A stretch of DNA of 31,416 nucleotides from Cyanophora paradoxa CCMP329 (Eukaryota > Plantae > Glaucophyta). A model generated the notes under the pieces. The model did not search any database. It saw nothing but the letters and a program-made list of their open reading frames with translations, and had not been told where the DNA came from. The stretch spans positions 1 through 31,416 of the forward strand of contig QPMI01000372.1 in the NCBI GenBank assembly GCA_004431415.1, in the 5' to 3' direction. Positions within the stretch are counted from its first letter, which is position 1. Each line of letters begins with the position of its first letter. This document shows, piece by piece, positions 1 through 9,335 of this stretch. The position numbers were made by a program, and so were the translations under genes.

Positions 1-1307
1 CGACGCCGTGCCCATCATTGGCATCGGCTGCACCGCCACGATTGCCACCGATAGGACGAAGAAGGTCAGTCGTCGTCGCCGCCGGAAAGCGCGAGCCCCG
101 GGCGCGCTCATTCGAGGGCGCAGGGCGAGCACGCGGCGCACGTGGCGGCGATGACGGCGCTGGGCTGCACGCTCTACTCGGTGAGGCTGGACAAGGAGGC
201 GGGGCGGGAGCGGCACCAGGAGGAGGCGATCGTCTCGGGGCTCGTCGTCCGCGCCCTCGCCGAGGCCTGCGGCGTGCCCTTCTCTGCCGACATCCCCCTC
301 ACCCAGAACGAGCCCATCGAGGCCCGCCCCCGCCCCCCGGGCCCCCCACGCCCGCGCCCCGCGGCTGAGGGGCCGGGGGCGGCAGATGCTGAAGTACGAC
401 TTCGCGGAGATCCGGGCGGCGCTCGACGCCGAGGGGGCCCCCCAGGGCGACCCCGTAGCCGACCTCGCGCGAGGCCAGTAGACCCGCCCCCCCTCTCTGT
501 CCCACCCCTTCTTTGTTGAGAATCGATGGACGCCGGCGTTGATGCGGGGGGTGCGGGGTGTAGGGGCGGTGGGGGCTGTGCTGCTGCACAAGGGGCGGGC
601 GGTGGCGGGGGCGGCGTGGACGGGCGGGCTCGTCTCCGGCTCCTTCAACCCCCTCCACGAGGGCCACCTCGGCCTCGCCGTGCCCGCCCTCCCCCCCTCC
701 CCCCTCCCGGGCGCCCCTGAAGGGGCCGGCAGGAGGAGGCGCGGCGGGCGCTGGGCGGCGCCGACGTGGCTTTCGAGCTGAGCATCGTGCGCGCGAAGCG
801 GGGGGGCGGGGGGCGTGCGTGAAGCAGGGGCCCCGAGGCGACGCGGCGGCAGGTGAACGCGGACAAGCCGGCGCTGGCGGAGGCGGAGATCCGGCGGCGG
901 GCGGCGCAGTTCGCGGAGCGGCCGCTGCTGCTCACGCGGGCGCCGCTCTTCGTCGAGAAGGCGCGGCTCTTCCCGGGGAGCACGATGGTGGGCAGCTGCA
1001 GCAGCAACTCTGCCCTTTCTGCTCTGCCCTGATGCGCTGCCAGGTGGTCGGGCACGACACGTACGAGCGCCTCGTGAACCCCAAGTACTACGGGGGCGGG
1101 GAGGGGATGCGGGCGGCCCTGGAGGAGATCCGCGCCGCCGGCTGCTCCTTCCTCGTGGCGGGCCGCAAGGAGCCGGCGACGGGGGAGTTCCGGGCGCTGG
1201 CGGGGCCCGAGCAGGGCGGCCTCTTCCGGCCCCTCCCCTTCCGCCTCGACCTCTCGAGCACAGAGCTCCGCGCCCGCGCCGCCGCCGCCGCCGGCTCCAA
1301 GTCCTAG
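1..1307 (+). CDS. Nucleotidyltransferase (cytidylyltransferase/NadD-like HxGH superfamily) with CinA-like N-terminal half; 5'-truncated, 5 introns in window
   Basis: Spliced translation: ...IGIGCTATIATDRTKK|GEHAAHVA...DKEAGRERHQEEAIVSGLVVRALAEACG...LVSGSFNPLHEGHLGLA|...FELSI|VNADKP...LLTRAPLFVEKARLFPGSTM|VVGHDTYERLVNPKYY...FLVAGR...FRLDLSSTELR, stop TAG 1305-1307. Introns include 65-123 (GT-AG) and 322-385 (GC-AG). GSFNPxHxGH and SSTxxR are nucleotidyltransferase motifs. Confidence 0.85.
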
Positions 1308-1528
1308 CGAGCCGCCCGGCCCCCGGCCCGGCGAGCCGCGCGCCGATGCAGCACTCTCTCTGAAGAACAGAACTAGGCGAACTAGTACTTGTACATGTAG
1401 ACCAACTAGACTACGCTTTGAATCGATGGTAACTAGAACTAGTCTCAGAATGCGGGTACTCTAATGCAAGCACTTGAACAGGCGACGATTGCACATGCTA
1501 TCGCTAGTAGCGGCCGGCGAAACTGCGG

Positions 1529-2767
1529 CTAGCGATGGGGCCGCGGCCCGCGCTGATGCTGCGGACGCGCGAGGGCGGGCCGCGGGCCGGGGGCGACGGC
1601 CTCCCGGCGAGGGCCGACGCGACTGAGAAGACGGCGGGGCCGGAGGCGCGGCGGGGGCGGCGGCCGGGGCGGGGGCGGGGCGGCGGCCTCGCGCTCGAAG
1701 CGCTGGCGCTTCTCGAGCTTGACGGTCTCGGCCTGCTGCCAGGCGAGGTCGAGGGCGCGCCGGTACACCGGGTCGTCCGCCCCTTGCGGCAGCAGCGGGC
1801 CCGCCGGGAAGGCGAACCGGCTCCGCTCCTGCGGCGGCGCCGCCTCGCGGCCCGGCCCGCCCCGCCCCGACACGGAGGAGGAGCGCTGGAAGCCGCCGCG
1901 CACGCGGCGGGCGGCGGCGTCGCTCGGGGAGGAGGGCGCCGAGGCGGGCACCGCGGCAGCCGCCCGCCCCAGCGTCCTCCCCGAGACGGCCAGCGGCGGA
2001 GGCCGCCCGCCCAGCTCCAGCAGCAGCATCGGCGGCGCCTGGCCCATCACCGACATCCCCTGCCCCGCCCCCTGCCCAGACCGCTGAGTAGGATGCGGGC
2101 GCGGCGCGGTGCGGGAGCGCCGGGCGGGGGCACCGAGCTCGGAGTGAGGGGGCCGGGGGGCGGGGAGGGTGCCGAGGGGACGTGGCGGGCGCGTGTGAGG
2201 AGGAGGTCGACGCGGCCGGCACGGGGTCGCCCGGGGCCCACGCCCATGCCTTCCCAGTCGTCTCCCGGGCCCTCCGCGAGCGAGCTCGAGGCACCCGCCC
2301 CCACGCCCGCCGCCGCCGCCACCGCCGCTGCTGCTGCGGCGGCCGCTGAAGACCCCGCGAGGGGCCGCGGGTTCGAGGAGTGTCGCAGGGCCTGGCCAGC
2401 CTGCCCGGCCGGCAGGCTCCGCGACGTCAATCTGCGCGGTCTGAGCGCGCGGGCGCCTACGGGACGCGCTCACGGAGGCGCACCGGACCCTCGCAGGGGC
2501 GTCGCTGTTTCGCTGCTTAGGTGACGAGGCCGCCCCTGAGGCGCTTGCGGCGGCCTCGCGCTCCTGGGCGGCCCGCTCGAAGCACTCTTGCTGGTAACGC
2601 TCGGCCACGAGGATCTCGCCCCGGTTGAGCCGCACCGCTTCCCGGAAAGCGACGCAATTCGCTATGCGGTTCACGGCCTGGACCACCTCGTCTTCCACGC
2701 CCGGTGCCGAAGTCCAGGGCCACGGCCAAGCAGGCGCCACATCCGGCAGGTCGTTCATTCCACCCGG
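1529..2767 (-). CDS. Hypothetical protein (intron-containing; both ends uncertain)
   Basis: Protein-like blocks EDEVVQAVNRIANCVAFREAVRLNRGEILVAERYQQECFERAAQERE and DDPVYRRALDLAWQQAETVKLEKRQRFERE are separated by low-complexity sequence. An acceptor-like CGCGCAG precedes 2767, so an upstream exon is likely. No family recognised. Confidence 0.5.
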   Translation of the reverse strand, partial: PGGMNDLPDVAPAWPWPWTSAPGVEDEVVQAVNRIANCVAFREAVRLNRGEILVAERYQQECFERAAQEREAAASASGAASSPKQRNSDAPARVRCASVSASRRRPRAQTAQIDVAEPAGRAGWPGPATLLEPAAPRGVFSGRRSSSGGGGGGGRGGGCLELARGGPGRRLGRHGRGPRATPCRPRRPPPHTRPPRPLGTLPAPRPPHSELGAPARRSRTAPRPHPTQRSGQGAGQGMSVMGQAPPMLLLELGGRPPPLAVSGRTLGRAAAAVPASAPSSPSDAAARRVRGGFQRSSSVSGRGGPGREAAPPQERSRFAFPAGPLLPQGADDPVYRRALDLAWQQAETVKLEKRQRFEREAAAPPPPRPPPPPRLRPRRLLSRVGPRREAVAPGPRPALARPQHQRGPRPHR

Positions 2768-3288
2768 CTGCGCGTCCCGCGCCCTAGCGAGCGGATATGC
2801 GGATTTACTTTCTGGGCTGGGCCCAGCTAGTAGCTGAGCTGAGCGAGCAGCCTGCCTCGGGTAGAAAATGCTTCTGCGCCGCAGGCGCGCCGGGACCAGG
2901 CTAGGTTGCTGGACCGAGCCCCACCTTTACTCGAGTTGACGGGCCGCATCGGGCTGCCTGGCTGCCGAGAAGATGAGAGGTGGTAACTAGCTAGGCCGCC
3001 GGACCGCAAAACCGCAGCAAACGCATCATGATCAGGCGGCCTGGCGGCTGAGAAGCGGGACTCTTGAAGTCGTGTACCCGGCCCCCGCCTGTTCCCCCAA
3101 TCGAGAAGAAGCGAACGGCGAGCGCGGGCAGGCTGCGTGCGAGCAGCGCGTAGAAGCGCTGCGCGCATTGACAGCCGCTGACGCTAGCCTCGCCGGACGG
3201 CACGCGCTGGTGCTCCGGGCTCAAGCGTGCCTGCACTCGCACTTCGCGGGGCTGGGCATCGCCGCGCGCTCGGTGAGGCGTGTCACGG

Positions 3289-5078
3289 ATGGCGGGGGAC
3301 GCTGCGGCAGCCGTGGATGGCGCTGCATCGCCCAGCGCGTCCGTAACCGTGAACGTCGCGAAAGTTCAGCGCCGGGCGGTTGCTGAGGACAGCGAGCCGC
3401 CCTCGTTGCCCGGAGGCGGCTCGTCTCTTTTGCAGTCGGCACCATCATCCACTACCAGCGGCGCTGTGGCTCCTGAGGCGGCCGGCTTGCCGGACTTCAA
3501 CGAGTTCCTTGGCTGGGCGAAGACCCGCAGCAAGGAGGAACTCGCGCACCAGCTTCACCGCGTTCTCAAGCTGCTAGTGACCCTCGGCATTCTGAATGTG
3601 CGAATTCCGTTCGCGCGGCAGCGCCTGCTGCTGGAGGGCGGCGAGGCGAACGCGGGGGCGGCGGCGGCGGGGCGCGGCGACGACGGGCTGGACGGGACGA
3701 CGCCGGCGGCGATCGCGTGCCTGGCGCTGAACCCCGCGCTCTGCCCGCCGCACAACGCGCCCCTTCTCTCCATCCCCCTCTTCTCCGACCTGGTGGCGCC
3801 CGCCCCCCGCCCCCCGCCCCCCCCGCTCGCGCTCACCGCGCCCCTCTTCCCCCCCCCCCCCCCCCCCCCCCGAAGGGCCGCTACGAGCGGAACTTCGACG
3901 AGGTGGCGTGCATCGGGCGCGGGGCGTTCGGGGCCGTCTTCTCGGCCCGCCACAAGCTCGACCGCTGCCTCTACGCCGTCAAGAAGGTCAAGATCAAGCC
4001 GCGGTTCCCCATGGAGCGGGTGCGCGGGCGGGTGCGCGTGGGCCGGGGCGGGCTTCTGAGGGGGCGCGGCAGCTGCTGAACCTGGACGTGCGGGGCCTCG
4101 GCGAGCTCGAGCACGTCCGCCAGCTCCTCCGCGAGGCGCGCCCCGCCCCCCCCCCCCCCCCCCCCCCCCCGCCACCTGCACACGGCCCGGTCGGCGCTGA
4201 GCGGCGGGGCGGGCGGGCAGGTGACGATCCTGGCTCGCGTCGGCTCGCACGAGAACCTCGTGCGCTACCACCAGGCCTGGATCGAGCCGCAGTTCGACTG
4301 CCCGGGGCGCCCCGCCGGCCCCGCCGGCCCCGCGTGGCGGCCCGAGGGGAGCGGGTGGGAGGAGAGCGCGACGGAGAGCGGGGCGGAGACGACGGCGGGG
4401 GCGTCGCGGGGCGGCCCTTGCCGCCCCTCGCCGCTGCGCGTGGAGGTCCTCCCCTCCGACTCCGAGCGCTCCTCGCCCCCTCCTCCAGCCCGCGCCCTCC
4501 GCCCCGCCCGCGCCCCCGACGAGAGCGCCGCCTCCGCCAGCGCCTCGGCGCGGGCCCCGGGGGGCTCTTCGCGGCGCCCTCGGGGGCCTCGCCGCGCAGC
4601 TCGGGCCCGACGAGTCCGTCGACTGGAGCGAGAGCAGCGCCGCCCCGAGCCGCTCCTTCTCCGCGCCCTCGGCGCCCCCCCGAGGCCTACCTCCCCGCCA
4701 TCGCCGCCCGCCGCCGCAGCATCCCCGGCCCCTCCGACCCCGACTGGCCCTCCTCCCCCGCCTCCCCGGCCTCGCCGCCGCCGCGGGAGGCGCTGGCGCT
4801 CGTGCCGGCGCGGGCGCGGCGGGCGGCCTCGCTTGTCCCGTGCCCGGCGCACTTCGTCCTCTTCATCCAGATGGCCCTCTGCGAGGGGGCGACGCTGCAC
4901 GAGTGGCTGGCGGAGCGCAACCGGCGGGGCGGGGTGGAGCGGGAGGCCAACCTCCGCATCTTCGTCCAGCTCCTCCGCGGCGTCGCCCACATCCACGCCC
5001 AGAAGATCGCGCGCACCCCCGCCCCGCCCCGGCCCCGGCCCCGGCCCCGGCCCCCTCACGGCGCTCCCTCGCCCCCAG

Positions 5079-5110
<32 letters not shown>

Positions 5111-5980
5111 GTCCGCCCCTTCCTCCCCCCCCTCCCGCCGCTCGCCGTTGCTGACGCGCCGGCGGGGCAGCCTGGAGCCGTCGGGGCGGCTGAAGATCGG
5201 GGACTTCGGGCTCTCGACGGAGCTCGCCGGGGCGCCTTCCACGCCCTCCTCCAGCCCCCCCGACACCCCGGCCTCCGCCTCCGCCTCCGCCTCGGCGTCG
5301 CGGGGGACGCGGGACGTGGGGACGCCCTCGTACGCCCCGCCGGAGACGCGCCTGGGGACCTTCTGCGAGGCCTCCGACATCTTCTCCTGCGGCGTCATCC
5401 TCCTCGAGGCGAGCGCCGCCCGCCCCGCCCATCCGCGCCCCGCCCCACCCACAGGCGGCCTTGCGGCAGCTCTTCTGCGTGCTGGGGACGGGGATGGAGC
5501 GGGCGGGGGTGCTGGCGGAGATGCGGGCGGGGTCGCTCCCCGCGCGCCTGCACCGCGACTTCCCCCTCGAGGCCTCCCTCGTCCTCTGGATGACCAAGCC
5601 GAGCCCCGCCGAGCGCCCCGCCGCCACCACCGTCCGCCCCCGCCCGCCCCGCTGTGTTTGGCCGCCCCCGCCGACGGCGCGCCGCGCAGGTGCTAGAGCA
5701 GCTGACGTGCGCGCGTGTGTGGCCGGCGCTGCCGGCGCCGGCGGGGGCGGAGGAGGGGCGGGGCCGGGGCCCGTGCGGGGCGCGGCTGGAGGAGGAGTTG
5801 GAGCGGCGGGGCCGGCGCATCGCCGCCCTCGAGGAGGAGGTCTCCCGCCTCCGCGCCCAGCTCGCCTCCCTCTCGCCCCCGGCCCCCGCCCCCGCCCCGC
5901 GCCCCGCGCCCCCGCTCTCCCCCCTCTCCCTCTCCAGCCCCGGCGAGGGCGCCCACAAGAGCCCCGAGGCCTCCGCCTAG
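3289..5980 (+). CDS. eIF2-alpha kinase, HRI-like (split kinase domain with long insert, C-terminal coiled coil)
   Basis: RYERNFDEVACIGRGAFGAVFSARHKLDRCLYAVKKV; HENLVRYHQAWIE; long S/P-rich insert; LFIQMALCEGATLHEWL; IHRDLKPANIF; LKIGDFGLS; VGTPSYAPPE; SDIFSCGVILLELF; TGMERAGVL. LFIQMxxC, the insert and TxMER are eIF2-alpha kinase hallmarks. Frameshifts are needed at the C-run near 3849-3871 and near 4560. Start codon uncertain. Confidence 0.88.
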
Positions 5981-6065
5981 CTCCAGTCGACTCGAACAAT
6001 ACAGTACAGTAGACCAGCGTGTCTTTGGGGCGGGAAGAAAGGGGGCGGGGCGGAGGGGGGCAGGG

Positions 6066-9014
6066 CTAGGCGGGGGTGTACTCGCCGTCGAGGAGGCCCT
6101 GGAGGACGGCGGGGTCGCTGATGAAGGGGGCCCCGCCCCCGCCCCCGGCCCCCGGGAAGGGCGAGTAGGGGTCGGGGCGGCGCTCGCGCTCGGGGCGCAT
6201 GGACTGGAGGACGAGGCCGGCGTACTTGGCCCCGTCCGCCACCACCTCCGCCGTCATCTCCTCCATCACCCTGCCGGGGGCTAAGGGGAGGGGAGCTCGG
6301 TGGGGGGGGGGGCCGGGGCGCGCGCACACGCTCGTGATCCGGGTGTAGCAGGCGTCGCAGACGAGGGCGGTGCGCTCCTGCCACTCGCGGCGGTCGCGGA
6401 GGCGGAGGAACTCGGGGCGGGTGAGCTGCGGGTGCATGGCGGCGATGAGCGGGGGCACCCCCGAGGCCGCCTCCATCAGCTCCGCCAGCGTGTCGTCCGC
6501 CAGCGCCAGCCGCCCCGCCCCCGGCCCCGCCGCCCCCGGCCCCGCCCCCGCAGCGGGGCGCGCGGCCCCCGCCATGGGCGAGCGGAGCCGGGAGAGGGCG
6601 CTGGCCGGCCTCCGCTCCGCCCCGCCCCCTGCCGGCCTCGTCCTTGGCCGGCGAGGGGCCGGCTCCGGGCCGGGGGCGGGGCGCGGGGCGGGGCCGGGGC
6701 GGGGCGGGGCCGCCGAAGAGGAGGGCGGGGCTGTGGAGCGGGTGGGCGTGGAAGGTCTTCACGGGGCGCGCCATCGCCGACGCCGGCCGCCCCAGCCCGA
6801 ACGAGCCCGAGCGCGACGTCCCGGGCGCCCCGTCCGCCCCGCCGCCGCCGCCGCCGCCGCCAGCGAGGGCGGCGCCAGCACCGCCCCCGCAGCGACGAGG
6901 ATGAGGAGGGCGCCGCCGCCGGCAGCGCCGCCGCCGGGGCCGGCGCCGGCTCGGGGAGGCGGGGAGGAGGGAGGAGGGGCGGTGCGGGTGCGCGCGAGGC
7001 GGGCGGAGCCGGCGCGGGCGGAGCCGGCGCGGGCGGTGCCGGGGCGGGGCGGGGCGGCGGCGGCGTCGATGGCGGCGAGCTGCTCGCCGATGGCGCGCAC
7101 GCGGCTCTGCTGCGCCGCCGTCGGCTGGAGGTACGAGGCGACGACGGCCGGCTCCCTGGGCGGCTCGGCGGCCGGCACGAGCGCCGCCGAGCGCGGCCGC
7201 CGCCGCGTCGTCGCCGCGCTCGCCGGCCGCGAGAGCGACGCCGCCGAGGCCGAGGCCCCCAGGCCGGCCGCCCCGCCCGCCCCGCCGGCCTCCGCCGCCG
7301 CTCGCCGCCGCTCCTCCGCGTCGTGGTGGTGCAGGTACTCCCTGCCCGCCCCGTCGGTCCCCGCGGCGGCCGAGGAGCAGCGCGCTGGGCGCGGCGCACC
7401 GGTAGGTCACCTCGTGCTGCGAGTCCGGCGCGATGTCTGCGCGCCGGCCGGCCGTCAGGGAGGGCGCGGGGGCGGGGCCGGCTCGCGGGGAGGCACCGCT
7501 GACGGAGCGGCAGGCGGGGCACTCGAAGTAGTGCTGGCGGAAGAGGCGCTCCTGGCCGGGGGCCTCCTTCTTGTGCTTGGCGGCGCGCGGGGCGGGGACG
7601 CCGGGCTGCATGTCGAGGGGCTGGTGCATCTGGGGGAGGAGGGGCCTGCGGACGTCGAGGCGGGCGCCCTCGAGGCGGACGGAGGAGCAGTAGAGGAGCC
7701 AGATGCGGTCCTCCTCGTCGATGCGCAGGTTCAGCACCATGCGCGCGATCCGCTGCCGCCCGTGCGTCGTCCGCTGCACGTGGTCCACCACGCTGCCGCC
7801 CCGCCCCCGCTCAGCCACGCCCCCGCCTCCCCGCCGCCCGCTGCGCACTTGAGGCAGATCTCCCCGATCTCCCGCTGCACCCGCTCCCCGCGGAGCTTCG
7901 CTGCGCCCCGCTCGCGTCCCCCGCGGCGCGGGGCGGGGCGGGGCGGGGCGGGGCGGGCGCACTGGTCTCGCGGAGGTGGTCCGGCCCCTCAAAGGTGACC
8001 GCTGCGCCGGCTGCGTCAGACGCCGCGCCGCGCCGCCGGGCAGCCCGGGTGCCCGGAGCCATACCCCGCTCGTACATGTCGAGGCGCGTGTTGGAGAGGA
8101 CCGCCTTGTTCGTGCACTGCGCCGGCGGCTCGGGCGCGGGGCCGGGGCGGAGGGGGGCGGGAGGGGGCGGCGCGCCTGCTCGACGATGGTGATGATGGGC
8201 GTCCAGACGACGCGGATGGTGAAGTTGGACTTGCCGCGCGGCGGCAGGAACTTCTGCAGGATCCTGCCCCCGCCCCCGCTCCAGCGCCGCCCGGGGCGCG
8301 CGCCGGGGCAGGGCGGGCCGGCGCGGACCCGTTGTTGACTTTGCTGCGAAAGAAGAGAAAGTCGTGGAGGCCCTGCCGGTCGAAGTACTCGATGACCAGC
8401 TTGCCTGCCGCCCGCCCGCCTCAGAGGCGACCGCCCGCCCGCCGGCGCGTCGGCCGTCCCAGAGGCGGAGGCGCACCCTCTCCGCCGCCGGAGACGGAGA
8501 TGTACGAGGCAAGGATCTCGCACTTCGGCTTGCGCTGCTCCGAGAAGATCTCCTCGATGCGGTTGTTCTTAACCTCCCACTTGGCGCGCTGCTCCACGTG
8601 CGTCTCCGCGCCTTCCGTGTGGAACCTGCGCCACCCGAGCCGCTCAGCGCTGCATGCCGGCGTGGGCCGGCGCGGGGCTGGCGGGGCCACGCAGGGCTTG
8701 GCAGGCCCGAATTGGCGGGTGACTTAGCTAGGCTGAGCTGGGGGCAGCTCCAGGAAGAGAAAGGCAGAAAAGGAGAAGATCTAGACTTGAAGACGTTGCA
8801 CGGGCTTCGCTAGGGGGTTACGCTGCGCTGGGGCAGCCAGTGATCTAGTCTGAGCGAGCAGGCACCAGTAGGCGGGCGAGCGGTACTTGTACACGACTGT
8901 CTCGGGCACGCGGACGCCCGGGCAGGTAGAGCCGGCCTCGTTCTCAAGCGCTAGGTAATGAAACAATGAGTCGACCACGCCATCCCCCTCAAGGGGCGGC
9001 AGCGTGGACGCCAT
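6066..9014 (-). CDS. Conserved uncharacterised protein with Cys-pair motifs
   Basis: Spliced translation: MASTLPPLEGDGVVDSLFHYL...VRVPETVVYKYRSPAYW|F...VIEYFDRQGLHDFLFFRSKVNNG|ILQKFLPPRGKSNFTIRVVWTP...MYERA|VTFEGP...RMVLNLRIDEEDRIWLLYCSSVRL...FECPAC...LVCDACY, stop TAG at 6066. From memory it resembles an unnamed family seen in flagellated protists; not searched. Confidence 0.75.
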
Positions 9015-9335
9015 CAGTCTTGGAACTGTGCTGGGTGCTCAATGGTCGGCCTTCGCCGGCTGCAGCGAGCTCGTTCAACCGCTACGCGAAAGTTCTGCGA
9101 TACCCCCAAAGTCCCCTCGTCGGGTACGGTGTAGATTAGTTCGAAGGCGGCGCAGGAGGCGGTGCGGATGTTGAGGACGCAGAAGCGGGAAAGATGCTGT
9201 GCAACGGACAGCTTTGCAACGGACGCCACCGGTGCGCTGTGCACGCCAGCCGGCCCGCGGCTGCGCTTTTTGAACTTAAAGTGCACCTGCACACCCTCAC
9301 ACGCAGCGCCGTCCCGATCTTTCAAGTATGCAAGT

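Noticed and set aside
2868-3051. Short upstream ORFs before the eIF2-alpha kinase as a translational feedback device
   Set aside because: The TSS is unknown and this region probably holds upstream exons of the divergent minus-strand gene.
3849-4690. Frameshifts in the kinase (also in the SENP-like and TmcB-like genes) read as programmed frameshifting or pseudogenisation
   Set aside because: Most fall in or next to C/G homopolymers while catalytic motifs stay intact, so long-read indel error is the simpler explanation. Raw reads or cDNA would settle it.
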